Part shown: in pieces, positions 18,462 through 27,764 of the stretch
Position numbering within the stretch: the stretch's first letter is position 1
Layout of the letters: each line of letters begins with the position of its first letter
From: Minisyncoccia bacterium
GTDB lineage: Bacteria; Patescibacteriota; Minisyncoccia; UBA6257; 2-01-FULL-56-20
Assembly: GCA_049997875.1 (NCBI GenBank)
Contig: JBEKRC010000001.1
Coordinates: forward strand, 108,609 to 172,608
Length of the DNA stretch: 64,000 nucleotides
Reading direction: 5' to 3'
Notes under the pieces: model-generated
What the model saw: only the letters and a program-made list of their open reading frames with translations
Database searches by the model: none
What the model was told of the DNA's origin: nothing
Made by a program: the position numbers and the translations under genes

Positions 18462-19643
18462 TCAGATCTTGATGCGAATAAAGTGCCGTTTTCCTACCCT
18501 AACCGCTTCCCCACCCTTTAACGTGAGTTCCTCTTGTGGGTTCTTGATAACTTTTCCGCCAACCTCAAATCCCCCTTGTTCAATCAACCGCCGCGCCTCG
18601 CCTTTACTTTTCATCACCCCGGAAGCAACCACAAGATCAAGCGCCAAAATTTTTGCTCTTTTTATTTTCAACTCCGGGACGTCGTCCGGGATCTCTTTTT
18701 TGGAGAATGTCCTGTCAAAATATTCTTGCGCCGCCGCCGCCTGTTTTTCTCCGTGGTAGAGTTTCACGATCTCAAGCGCGAGCCGCTCCTTGAGTGCTTT
18801 TGGTTTTAGCGTTTTCTTTAGTTTTCCAATTTCATCTTCCGAAAGTCCGGTACAAAACATAAAATATTTCGTAACGAGCGAATCGGGCAATGACATTGTC
18901 TTCCCAAACATGTCCGCTGGCACGTCATCCAGGCCAATGTAATTCCCATAGGTTTTTGACATTTTCTTCTTTCCGTCAAGCCCCTCAAGCAGCGGCACGG
19001 TCAGAATATCCTGCTCGGGCATGCCGAAGCGCTTCTGCACCTGCCGCCCCATAAGCAGATTGAAAAGCTGGTCCACTCCGCCGAGCTCAACGTCCGCCTT
19101 CACCTGCACGGAATCGTACCCCTGGAGAAGCGGGTAGAGCATTTCCAACATGGTTACGTCAATATTCTCCGCGAGGCGCTTTTTGAAATCGGCGCGGCGG
19201 AGAACCTGCTGGATGCTTGCGATGGCCGCAAGCTGCATGATCTCCGGAAGCCCCATATGGCCGAACCATTCGTTATTATGAAAAATTTCCGCTTTTTTCA
19301 TATTAATCACTTTTCCCGCATGGCGGAGATATTCTTTTTCGTTATGTTTCACCTCTGCGGACGAAAGCATCTTTCGCGTCTCTGAACGGCCCGAAGGGTC
19401 GCCGACTTGCGCGGTGAAATCACCGATGATAAGCACCACCGTGTGCCCCAAATCCTGGAACGCGCGAAGTTTTCGCAAGACGACCGCGTGGCCCAAGTGT
19501 AGGTCGGGCGAGGTCGGATCAATACCAAGCTTCACGCGCAGCTTTTTTCCAGACGCGAGCGCGGCGCGAAGGTGATTTTTTTTAATCACATCTTCCACAT
19601 CGCGCGAAAGGAGTTCTTTGATTTTCTCATCCGTGCCGCTCAT
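18462..19643 (-). CDS. tyrS: Tyrosine--tRNA ligase
   Basis: The HIGH-class motif PTSPDLHLGHAV, the KMSKT (KMSKS) motif and a C-terminal S4-like domain; 393 aa. Confidence 0.9.
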   Translation of the reverse strand: MSGTDEKIKELLSRDVEDVIKKNHLRAALASGKKLRVKLGIDPTSPDLHLGHAVVLRKLRAFQDLGHTVVLIIGDFTAQVGDPSGRSETRKMLSSAEVKHNEKEYLRHAGKVINMKKAEIFHNNEWFGHMGLPEIMQLAAIASIQQVLRRADFKKRLAENIDVTMLEMLYPLLQGYDSVQVKADVELGGVDQLFNLLMGRQVQKRFGMPEQDILTVPLLEGLDGKKKMSKTYGNYIGLDDVPADMFGKTMSLPDSLVTKYFMFCTGLSEDEIGKLKKTLKPKALKERLALEIVKLYHGEKQAAAAQEYFDRTFSKKEIPDDVPELKIKRAKILALDLVVASGVMKSKGEARRLIEQGGFEVGGKVIKNPQEELTLKGGEAVRVGKRHFIRIKI

Positions 19644-19687
19644 TACAAAAACTTTACCACGAAAACGCTTCTGTTAAAATCTAACGT

Positions 19688-20545
19688 ATGGGAGTACTCC
19701 TCGCTATTACCGCCTTGCTCTCGTGGGGCCTCGGCGATTTTCTGATCCAGCGAAGCACGAGGAGGTTCGGTGATTGGGTAGCGCTATTTTACATTACCGC
19801 ATTCGGGGCCATCATTTTATTCCCCTTTGCCTATCCAGGCCTTAGGGCTGCCATTCACAACCACCCGCTTTTGCTGTTGATTGCCTGCCTCGTCCTTTTG
19901 TTCGCCGCGCTGTTTGATTTTGAAGCGATGCGCATCGGCAAACTCTCCGTGGTAGAGCCGATTTTCGCTTTTGAGATACCGGTTACCGCATTCCTGGCGG
20001 CATATTTTATCAAAGAGCTGCTTACACCAGGGCAGGTTTTTTTCACGGCAACTTTAATAGCGGGAATCTTCCTCGTTTCTGCCCGCTCGCCTTCTTACCT
20101 TAAAAACATCCGCCTTGAAAAGGGTACGTGGTATGCCGTGCTCGGCACTATTGGCTTGGGAGCATCCAGTTTTCTTTTCGGCTTGGGAGCGCGAGAGACA
20201 AATCCTCTTGTGATCAATTGGATCACAGACGCCTTTATCGCGATAGTATCCATACTTTACTTGGCATTGACCTCTCGGCTCGGAGGGATTTGGTCCGATT
20301 TTAGAAATAATAAGCGGCTGATCCTGAATGTCAGTTTCTTTGACAAGCTCGCGTGGGTTACATTTTCTTATGCGACGCTTTTTATCCCCATCGCGGTTGC
20401 GACCGGCATCAGCGAGGGGTATATCGCGTTCGCGGCGGGGCTGGGACTTATGTTCAATAAAGAAAAACTCAGGCTCCACCAATGGATCGGCCTTCTCCTC
20501 GCGATAGCATCCGTGATCGTCCTCGCGCTTACGACCGCCGGATAA
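19688..20545 (+). CDS. EamA/DMT-superfamily transporter
   Basis: About ten hydrophobic helices and EamA-like repeats (LSWGLGDFLIQR...); 285 aa. Confidence 0.75.
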   Translation: MGVLLAITALLSWGLGDFLIQRSTRRFGDWVALFYITAFGAIILFPFAYPGLRAAIHNHPLLLLIACLVLLFAALFDFEAMRIGKLSVVEPIFAFEIPVTAFLAAYFIKELLTPGQVFFTATLIAGIFLVSARSPSYLKNIRLEKGTWYAVLGTIGLGASSFLFGLGARETNPLVINWITDAFIAIVSILYLALTSRLGGIWSDFRNNKRLILNVSFFDKLAWVTFSYATLFIPIAVATGISEGYIAFAAGLGLMFNKEKLRLHQWIGLLLAIASVIVLALTTAG

Positions 20546-20556
20546 CTAGAACCCGG

Positions 20557-21156
20557 TTATTTTGAATTCTTGATGATCTCGTCAATCACGCCGTAAGCTT
20601 TCGCTTCGTCTGCAGAAAGCCAGAAGTCGCGGTCAGTGTCCTTCTCGATTTTCGCGAGCGGCTGCCCGGTGTGCTTGGAAAGCAGTTCATTGAGCCGCTG
20701 TTTTGTTTTTACGATTTGTTTCGCCGCAATCTCAATCTCAATCGCCTGGCCTTCCGCGCCGCCCATCACCTGGTGAAGCAAGATCTGCGAATTCGGCAGC
20801 GCAAGCCGCTTGCCCTTCTGGCCTGCCGCGAGCAAAAACGCGCCCATGGACGCCGCGATCCCCACGCACATGGTGGAAACATCGGACTTTACAAATTGCA
20901 TCGTATCATAGACCGCCATCCCTGCCGTGACCGAGCCGCCGGGGCTGTTGATATAAAGCTTGATGTCTTTTTTCTGATCCTCATGGTCCAAAAAAAGCAG
21001 CTGTGCGATCACCGTGTTCGCCACGGCGTCGCTGATTGGCCCGCCAAGGAAAATGATGCGCTCTTTAAGAAGGCGCGAGTAGATATCGTAGGCACGTTCG
21101 CCAAACTGCGACTTTTCGATAACCGTCGGGATGAGATATTGGTTCTCTGGTTCCAT
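20557..21156 (-). CDS. clpP: ATP-dependent Clp protease proteolytic subunit
   Basis: [20 protein letters not shown] and a [17 protein letters not shown] catalytic Ser region; 199 aa. Confidence 0.9.
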   Translation of the reverse strand: MEPENQYLIPTVIEKSQFGERAYDIYSRLLKERIIFLGGPISDAVANTVIAQLLFLDHEDQKKDIKLYINSPGGSVTAGMAVYDTMQFVKSDVSTMCVGIAASMGAFLLAAGQKGKRLALPNSQILLHQVMGGAEGQAIEIEIAAKQIVKTKQRLNELLSKHTGQPLAKIEKDTDRDFWLSADEAKAYGVIDEIIKNSK

Positions 21157-21211
21157 GGATTTGTAAATATTATACGCTTGTTCTTGTTACATTACTTATT
21201 TAGGGCGGGAG

Positions 21212-21266
21212 CCCTGTGTGGTTCGGCGGCAGCCCTTCTTAGTACTGACGCCGAACCACACAGGGT
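21212..21266. terminator. 17-bp inverted repeat (CCCTGTGTGGTTCGGCG ... CGCCGAACCACACAGGG) between the H+-PPase gene stop and the clpP start
   Basis: Exact reverse-complement arms with a 21-nt loop; a candidate transcript 3' structure. Confidence 0.4.
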
Positions 21267-21276
21267 GACCATCTTA

Positions 21277-23283
21277 TTATAAGAATGGTACGAGCAACAA
21301 AGCAATAATGTTGATGATCTTGATGACGGGATTGATTGCCGGCCCTGCGGTGTCCTTATACGGATCGCCCACGGTGTCGCCGGTGACCGCGGCCTTGTGC
21401 GTTTCCGAACCCTTGCCGCCCAAGTTGCCCTCCTCAATATACTTCTTCGCGTTGTCCCACGCCGCGCCGCCGGAGGTCATGGAAACCGCGACGAAAAGTC
21501 CGGTGACGATGGAGCCCACGAGCAGTCCGCCGAGCGCGAGCGGCCCGAGAAGGAACGCCACCGCAATCGGCACGAGCACGGGCAGAAGCGCGGGCACGAT
21601 CATTTCTCTGATTGCGGCCGCCGTAACAATATCAACGCTCTTTGCGTAATCTGGCTTCGCGCTTCCCTCCATGATCCCCGGAATTTCCCTGAACTGCCGA
21701 CGCACTTCGTTCACGATACCGCCCGCCGCTTTGCCAACCGCGCGCATAGAGAGGGATGCAAAGAGGTACGGGATCATGCCGCCGAGCAAGAGCCCCACTA
21801 TAATTTTCGGATTGGAGAGATCAAATTGTATGGCGGCACCGCCATGTTTGTTTTGCAAATCTTGAACGTATGCCGAGAAGAGAACGACCGCCGCAAGCCC
21901 TGCCGAACCGATCGCGTAGCCCTTTGTAACTGCCTTCGTCGTGTTCCCTACCGCATCAAGCGCATCGGTCACCTTGCGCACTTCGTCCGGCAATCCGGCC
22001 ATCTCCGCGATGCCGCCGGCGTTGTCCGTGATCGGACCGAAGGCATCAATCGCAACCACAATGCCCGCCATGGAAAGCATGCTCATCGTGGCGAGCGCGA
22101 TGCCGTACAAGCCGGTGGTTGCATACGCCGTGAGGATTCCCGCGACGATCACGATGACCGGCAGCGCGGTTGATTCCATTCCCACCGAAAGCCCGGTGAT
22201 GATATTTGTGCCGTGCCCCGTCGTTGATGCTTCGGCGATAGAGCGTACCGGCCGGAATTTCTTTGAAGTGTAATATTCTGTGATCAAAACGATGAGTCCC
22301 GTCACCAAGATCCCCACGAGCATTGGGTAGAAAAGCTGCGCGAAGTTCAAACCGTTCCCCGCGCCGCTCGTCGCCGCCGCGTAACCGTCCGACAAGAACC
22401 AGAAGCCGATGAGAGAAATCACGCTCGCGGCGATAAGTCCTTTATAGAGCGCACCCATGATTGACTGGCTCTTGCCGAGCCGTACGAAGAAGATGCCGAG
22501 GATGGAACTCACGACGGAGATGCCGCCGATCACAAGTGGCAAAAGCACTGCACTCTCCGACCCAGGGAACATCAAACTTCCTAGAATCATCACGGCGACC
22601 GCCGTGACGGCGTACGTTTCAAAAAGGTCCGCAGCCATGCCGGCGCAGTCGCCGACATTGTCGCCGACGTTGTCCGCAATCACCGCCGGATTCCGGGGGT
22701 CATCTTCCGGAATTCCCGCTTCAACTTTGCCGACAAGATCCGCGCCGACATCGGCGCCTTTCGTAAAGATGCCGCCGCCCAGTCGCGCGAAGACCGATAT
22801 CAAACTTCCGCCGAATCCCAATCCGATGAGCGCCCGCACATCGTGCGTAATCGCATAGAAACCGGAAACGGAAATAAGCGCGAGTCCGACGACGAGGAGT
22901 CCCGTTACCGTCCCGCCCTCGAACGCAATGCCGAGCGCCTGTTTGAGCCCCGACCTTGCCGCCTCCGCGGTCTTCACGTTCGCGCGCACCGACATGTTCA
23001 TGCCGATATACCCCGCGAGCGCCGAGGCAAAGGCGCCAATGATGAACCCCGCCATCGTCGTCACATTCAAGAACACGCCGATCAAAATCGCAACGACGAC
23101 CGCCACGATTGCAACGGTTTTGTACTGACGATTCAAGTATGCCTTCGCGCCTGTTTGGATCGCGCGCGCGATCTCCTGCATTTTTTCGTTGCCCGCAGGC
23201 GCCTTCCCAATTTTCCAGATCAACGCCGCTGCGCACACGACCGCGAGCACCCCAGCCCCTAATGCAAACGTTATCGCCGACAT
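21277..23283 (-). CDS. hppA: Membrane-bound proton/sodium-translocating pyrophosphatase (V-PPase)
   Basis: 668 aa with about 16 TM helices. Conserved PPase motifs include [19 protein letters not shown] and [19 protein letters not shown]. Confidence 0.9.
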   Translation of the reverse strand: MSAITFALGAGVLAVVCAAALIWKIGKAPAGNEKMQEIARAIQTGAKAYLNRQYKTVAIVAVVVAILIGVFLNVTTMAGFIIGAFASALAGYIGMNMSVRANVKTAEAARSGLKQALGIAFEGGTVTGLLVVGLALISVSGFYAITHDVRALIGLGFGGSLISVFARLGGGIFTKGADVGADLVGKVEAGIPEDDPRNPAVIADNVGDNVGDCAGMAADLFETYAVTAVAVMILGSLMFPGSESAVLLPLVIGGISVVSSILGIFFVRLGKSQSIMGALYKGLIAASVISLIGFWFLSDGYAAATSGAGNGLNFAQLFYPMLVGILVTGLIVLITEYYTSKKFRPVRSIAEASTTGHGTNIITGLSVGMESTALPVIVIVAGILTAYATTGLYGIALATMSMLSMAGIVVAIDAFGPITDNAGGIAEMAGLPDEVRKVTDALDAVGNTTKAVTKGYAIGSAGLAAVVLFSAYVQDLQNKHGGAAIQFDLSNPKIIVGLLLGGMIPYLFASLSMRAVGKAAGGIVNEVRRQFREIPGIMEGSAKPDYAKSVDIVTAAAIREMIVPALLPVLVPIAVAFLLGPLALGGLLVGSIVTGLFVAVSMTSGGAAWDNAKKYIEEGNLGGKGSETHKAAVTGDTVGDPYKDTAGPAINPVIKIINIIALLLVPFL

Positions 23284-23287
23284 ATTT

Positions 23288-24559
23288 TTATATTATAGCG
23301 TCCTTTTCATCGTCGTCCTCCTCGGGAGCCGCGATCTGGTCCGTTTCCATCGTTCCCGCCACGCCGCCCTCCTGCGTTTCCTCGGGCCGCGACTGCGACC
23401 GCACGTCAATCTTCCATCCGGTAAGCTTCGCCGCGAGCCGCACATTCTGCCCGCCCTTTCCGATTGCCAAGCTCAGCTGGTTCTCCGGCACGTACGCGCG
23501 CGCTTCGCGCCGTGGAAGGATCTCCACTCTTTCCACTTTTGCCGGCGAGAGGGCGTTTGCAATAAACCTTTCCGGATCTTCCGACCATTCCGCGATGTCA
23601 ATTTTTTCGTTGCCCAACTCGTTGTTCACTGCCATCACGCGCGTCCCCCGCTGGCCAACCAGCGCGCCAACCGGATCAATCCCTTCTGCACTGGAAAACG
23701 CTGCCACTTTCGTGCGATTCCCCGGCTCACGCGCAATGGCTTTGATTTCAATCGCGCCTTCCGCAAGTTCCGGCACCTCCATGCGGAAAAGCTCGGTCAC
23801 GAACTTCGGATGCGAACGCGAAAGAATGATTCCCGGAAGCCGCGTGTCTTCCTGCACCGCAAGCACGAGGAAACGCAAGCGTTCACCGGAACGGTAATGC
23901 TCCGTAGGAATTGATTCGTTTGCAAACATCACGCCGACCGTCCGCCCAAGATCAATGAACACATTTCCCCGCTCAAACCGCTGCACAACGCCGCTCACGA
24001 TCTGGCCTTCCTTGCCGCGCCATTCGCTCAAGATTGAATCGCGCTCCGACTCGCGCAGCTTTTGCAGAATTACCTGCTTCGCCGTCTGAGCCGCAATTCT
24101 CCCGAAATCATCGTGCGTTTCAAGTTCAAACGTGATTTCGTCCCCAACCTGCGCTCCCTTCTTTATCTTCCGTGCCTCTTCTAAAGTAATGTGTCGCTCC
24201 GGATTGAACCGCGGGAGTTTTTCCTCTTCGGTCGTGGCTTCCTGGCCCGCGCGTCCTTTTTTCTCCTCCTTCTTTTCCTCTACTTTCTTCTCCTCCACTT
24301 TTTCTCCACCCTCTGCTTCTTCCGCGTCAGACACAAAACGCACGGTGTTTTCGTCAACCACCGTTTTCGTCTGCCAAAATTTCAGCTCGCCGGTCGCTTG
24401 ATCCAGCTTGCATTTTACGACCTCGCCGCGCTGGCCATACTCCCTTTTGTACGCTGCCGCAATGGACGCTTCAATAACCTCAAGAACATCCTCGGGCTTC
24501 AGTCCTTTTTCTTCCGCTACCTGCTTCAACGCTTTTGATAACTCCTTTATGTTAAGCAT
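23288..24559 (-). CDS. nusA: Transcription termination/antitermination factor NusA, with a K/E-rich insertion and an acidic C-terminus
   Basis: N-terminal NusA domain, an S1-like region and two KH regions ([21 protein letters not shown]; [20 protein letters not shown]); 423 aa. Confidence 0.85.
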   Translation of the reverse strand: MLNIKELSKALKQVAEEKGLKPEDVLEVIEASIAAAYKREYGQRGEVVKCKLDQATGELKFWQTKTVVDENTVRFVSDAEEAEGGEKVEEKKVEEKKEEKKGRAGQEATTEEEKLPRFNPERHITLEEARKIKKGAQVGDEITFELETHDDFGRIAAQTAKQVILQKLRESERDSILSEWRGKEGQIVSGVVQRFERGNVFIDLGRTVGVMFANESIPTEHYRSGERLRFLVLAVQEDTRLPGIILSRSHPKFVTELFRMEVPELAEGAIEIKAIAREPGNRTKVAAFSSAEGIDPVGALVGQRGTRVMAVNNELGNEKIDIAEWSEDPERFIANALSPAKVERVEILPRREARAYVPENQLSLAIGKGGQNVRLAAKLTGWKIDVRSQSRPEETQEGGVAGTMETDQIAAPEEDDDEKDAII

Positions 24560-24629
24560 TTCTTTAAAAAAGCCCGCTCACAAGCGGACCACGAATACCT
24601 CTCCATAGTATTCCCGCTCTTGCCGCCCG

Positions 24630-25028
24630 TCAAGGGCTAATATTCTCATAATGCCGGACGTCCGATACCTTGCCGTTGGAACTTATATCAATAGCAATAA
24701 GATCAATCCGCCATCCTTTTTCCTCGTCAATCAGCTCCGGATGCTGCCTTGCAAAAAATTCGCAGGTCCGGCTTATTTTCCTGAACTTTGCCGCCGTCAA
24801 ATTATCTTCTGGTGTAAGTGCAAACTGGTTAAACTCGCCGTAAACTTCTCCTGTCGCAAAAGATTTTACTTCGCAAAATACCAGAGTCCCATCCGGCGAC
24901 ATGGCGATAATATCAATTTCATCCGCCTTCCTACGATAATTTCGTTCTAATATTTCCCACTGGTTTTGAACAAGATATCCGCAAGCTATTTCCTCACCTG
25001 ATTTCCCAACTTCGCTTTTGTTTTTCAT
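24630..25028 (-). CDS. yraN: YraN-family (UPF0102) endonuclease-fold protein
   Basis: GEEIACGYL...GEIDIIA...LVFCEVK matches the UPF0102/YraN pattern; 132 aa. Confidence 0.75.
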   Translation of the reverse strand: MKNKSEVGKSGEEIACGYLVQNQWEILERNYRRKADEIDIIAMSPDGTLVFCEVKSFATGEVYGEFNQFALTPEDNLTAAKFRKISRTCEFFARQHPELIDEEKGWRIDLIAIDISSNGKVSDVRHYENISP

Positions 25029-25095
25029 AAATTTTTTAGAATTTTTTAATGGTAAATATGTTATGTTTTACCCACAAACATTAATAATTGGTTTT

Positions 25096-25551
25096 ATGAC
25101 AAACATCGAAGAAAATAGGCTAAGCTATGAATTTATCCGTGGCCTCATTGTCGGAGAGGGCTGTTTCACATTTTGCGGCGCAGGGATTGGTCCACAAAAA
25201 TCTAAGATTCCAACATTCGCTCTTGCTATGTCTGAAGTAGATAGTAATCTCATAACCTTAGTCAGAGACAGGCTTACGCTAAAAAATAAAGTCTATAATT
25301 ACGGCCCTAGGAAAAGCAAAGATCAGTATTCACGCATGGGAAGAGCCGTCTTAATGGTTAGAGATTTTGGACAACTAAAGAATGTGATTGTTCCACTTTG
25401 CTATAAAAAACTTCATGGAAATAAGGCGAAGCAATTTGAGGAATGGATGGAAAAAATTGGAAGCGAACCATATGTTCAGGAAAGCTACAGATTTATTTAT
25501 AAAATTTATAAAGCTGGATTTTATGAAAATATTCACAAATATGATTTTTAA
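25096..25551 (+). CDS. LAGLIDADG-family homing endonuclease (single-motif type), free-standing
   Basis: LSYEFIRGLIVGEGCF matches the LAGLIDADG consensus (LAGFIDGDGSF) at the expected distance from the N-terminus. A downstream basic helix region (VIVPLCYKKLHGNKAKQFEEW) resembles I-CreI-like enzymes. GC is about 30%, against about 57% in the flanks. The start was chosen at the internal ATG (MTNIEEN); the track ORF begins at 25018. Confidence 0.6.
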   Translation: MTNIEENRLSYEFIRGLIVGEGCFTFCGAGIGPQKSKIPTFALAMSEVDSNLITLVRDRLTLKNKVYNYGPRKSKDQYSRMGRAVLMVRDFGQLKNVIVPLCYKKLHGNKAKQFEEWMEKIGSEPYVQESYRFIYKIYKAGFYENIHKYDF

Positions 25552-25642
25552 TTTGTTCTCCGCGAAACAAGATTGTTAAACATTTTTGTTTGTCATGAGG
25601 AAAATTAAGCTTATCGGGTTATTTGATTAAATAATAATTAAT

Positions 25643-25790
25643 CTGGCAATGCGGCAAAATGCAATCCGGCAAGTAATCCGGCAAAAACCGGCAAAGATTC
25701 CGGCAAACAAAGATTAAATTTTTAATAATTGCCGGAAACAGGATTTGCACAGCATAGTAACATCGTTGAATTGCCGGATTAAAAGCCTGC
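25643..25790. repeat. Array of short CCGGCAA direct repeats (four full copies spaced 10-12 bp, plus degenerate copies) and two inverted TTGCCGG copies, immediately upstream of the DksA/TraR-like gene
   Basis: Read directly: ...TGGCAATGCGGCAAAATGCAATCCGGCAAGTAATCCGGCAAAAACCGGCAAAGATTCCGGCAAACAAAG...TTGCCGGAAACAGG...TTGCCGGATTAAAAG, followed by a TAGAAT -10-like element. Confidence 0.5.
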
Positions 25791-25799
25791 TAGAATGTT

Positions 25800-26138
25800 A
25801 TGACCATGGAAGCTAACCAACTTGAGAAGTATAAGAGGGAACTTGAGAAAGAGCGACTGCTCCTTCTCGCCGAGATCAAGCAAAACGAGCGGCCCGTTGA
25901 TTTTGGCAACGAAACGAATCGCCCCGAGGAAGAAACTGACGAGGTAGAGGAGATCGGCAATCAGATGGCGGTTGCCCAGGATCTGAAGAACCGCCTGGCA
26001 GAGATTGATGCCGCGCTTGCGAAAATCTACAACGGGAAATATGGTGCCTGCGAGCAGTGCGGTAGAACAATTGAGACTGCCGTGCTTGACGTAGACCCGG
26101 AATCCCGCTTCTGCAAGCATTGCAAATCAGGAAAATAA
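25800..26138 (+). CDS. DksA/TraR-family C4-type zinc-finger protein
   Basis: A coiled-coil N-terminal part and a C-terminal CEQCGRTIE...CKHC four-Cys zinc finger; 112 aa. Confidence 0.7.
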   Translation: MTMEANQLEKYKRELEKERLLLLAEIKQNERPVDFGNETNRPEEETDEVEEIGNQMAVAQDLKNRLAEIDAALAKIYNGKYGACEQCGRTIETAVLDVDPESRFCKHCKSGK

Positions 26139-26168
26139 TGCAAGGAACCTTTTATAAGTTTTTAATCG

Positions 26169-27728
26169 GTGGCATGGTATGAGTGGGGGGTGACCACCAA
26201 AAATCTTGCGAAGATTTATTCCGCGGAACTTGAGGGTATCAACGCCAAACTCATAGAAGTGGAGATTGACCTCAACGTCGGCCTTCATTCTTTCAATATC
26301 GTCGGCCTTGCCGACAAGGCACTCAATGAAGCGAAGGAGAGGGTCAACTCTGCGATCAAAAACTGTGGCGCGAAACCGCCGAACCGAGAGAACAGAAGGA
26401 TCACCATTAATCTCGCCCCTGCCGACATACAAAAAACGGGCTCGCACTATGATCTTGCGATCGCGCTCGGTTATTTGCTCGCAACAAAACAGATACAGAG
26501 AATTGAGACCGGTGATAAAGTTTTCGTCGGCGAGCTTGCGCTTGACGGCAGGCTGCGCCCCGTGAATGGCGCGCTCAACATTGCGCAAATGGCGCGCAAC
26601 ATGGGTTTCAAATATTTTTTTCTCCCGAAACAAAATGCGAATGAAGCATCGGCAATATGCGGGATAGAAATAGTTCCGCTGGAAAATCTCGGGGAGGCCA
26701 TCGCCATACTTGAAGGGCGGCAAACGAGCGGCGCGCAAAGTCCCGCCCCTTCCGATCCGCACAAAGAGAGAATTGAAACATTCCCCGATTTTTCAGAGGT
26801 CATAGGCCAAGAAAACGCAAAACGCGCGCTCGCGATCGCCGCGGCAGGCAATCACAACCTGCTTATGATCGGACCGCCCGGCGTAGGGAAAAGCATGCTC
26901 GCGCAAGCGCTCGCCGGCATTTTGCCGAAACTCACGGTCCCGGAAGCAATAGAGATCACGAAAATCTGGAGCGCGGCGGGACTGAGCCGCGGCCAGCTTA
27001 TCCGCCACCGACCGTTCCGCGCGCCGCACCAAACCGCATCAATCGCTGCGCTCATCGGCGGCGGCCAGGATCCGAAACCGGGCGAGATAAGCCTCGCGCA
27101 TCGCGGGGTGCTTTTCCTGGACGAACTTCCGGAGTTTCAGAAAAATCTTCTTGAAGCGTTGCGCGAACCAATGGAGGCGGGATCAATCCATGTCATGCGC
27201 GCAAAGCAAAGCTTCCTTTTCCCGGCGCGGTTCGCGCTCGTGGCCGCGATGAATCCGTGTCCCTGCGGCTATTACGGCGACGCGGAAAAAGAATGCAAAT
27301 GCGCCGCATACGAGGTGATTAAGTATCGGAAAAAAATTTCAGGCCCCCTCTTAGATCGCATCGATCTGCAAATCACGGTAGGGCGCATAAAGATAGGAGA
27401 ACTGCGGAAAGGGGACCGTGAGGGGCCCGCAAGCCCCGCGATCCGAGAGCGCATTGAAACGGCGCGGGACGTGCAGCGAGAACGGTTCAAGCGGCTCAAC
27501 ATCGCGACGAACGCCGAGATGAGTTCGCGGGAAACACGGCTGCTCATCCGCCTTGGGCCGCCCGCGGAAAAGTTTCTCACAACGCTTGAGAGAAGCCGCA
27601 TCTCCCCGCGCGGCTATTACCGCATCCTCAAGGTCGCACGGACGATTGCCGACCTTGAAGGAAGCGGCTGCGTCTCCGCAGAGCACGTCGCCGAAGCGTT
27701 CAGTTACCGCCTGCGGGAGGAAGTTTAA
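26169..27728 (+). CDS. comM: YifB/ComM-family Mg-chelatase-like AAA+ ATPase (competence-associated)
   Basis: N-terminal Lon-protease-like domain, Walker A IGPPGVGKSM, Walker B VLFLDELPEF, and C-terminal ChlI-like motifs; 519 aa. Confidence 0.85.
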   Translation: MAWYEWGVTTKNLAKIYSAELEGINAKLIEVEIDLNVGLHSFNIVGLADKALNEAKERVNSAIKNCGAKPPNRENRRITINLAPADIQKTGSHYDLAIALGYLLATKQIQRIETGDKVFVGELALDGRLRPVNGALNIAQMARNMGFKYFFLPKQNANEASAICGIEIVPLENLGEAIAILEGRQTSGAQSPAPSDPHKERIETFPDFSEVIGQENAKRALAIAAAGNHNLLMIGPPGVGKSMLAQALAGILPKLTVPEAIEITKIWSAAGLSRGQLIRHRPFRAPHQTASIAALIGGGQDPKPGEISLAHRGVLFLDELPEFQKNLLEALREPMEAGSIHVMRAKQSFLFPARFALVAAMNPCPCGYYGDAEKECKCAAYEVIKYRKKISGPLLDRIDLQITVGRIKIGELRKGDREGPASPAIRERIETARDVQRERFKRLNIATNAEMSSRETRLLIRLGPPAEKFLTTLERSRISPRGYYRILKVARTIADLEGSGCVSAEHVAEAFSYRLREEV

Positions 27729-27764
27729 AACTCCCCCTTCTGCACACTGGTATAATAGAAGACA

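Noticed and set aside
25643-25790. Considered whether the CCGGCAA repeats are a CRISPR array
   Set aside because: The repeat units are only 7 bp, with 3-5-bp spacers and no cas genes. This is incompatible with CRISPR, so it is treated as a binding-site or iteron-like array.
26127-26762. 211-aa minus-strand ORF overlapping the comM 5' region
   Set aside because: It overlaps the conserved N-terminal domain of ComM, which is clearly coding on the plus strand, and has no recognisable domain.
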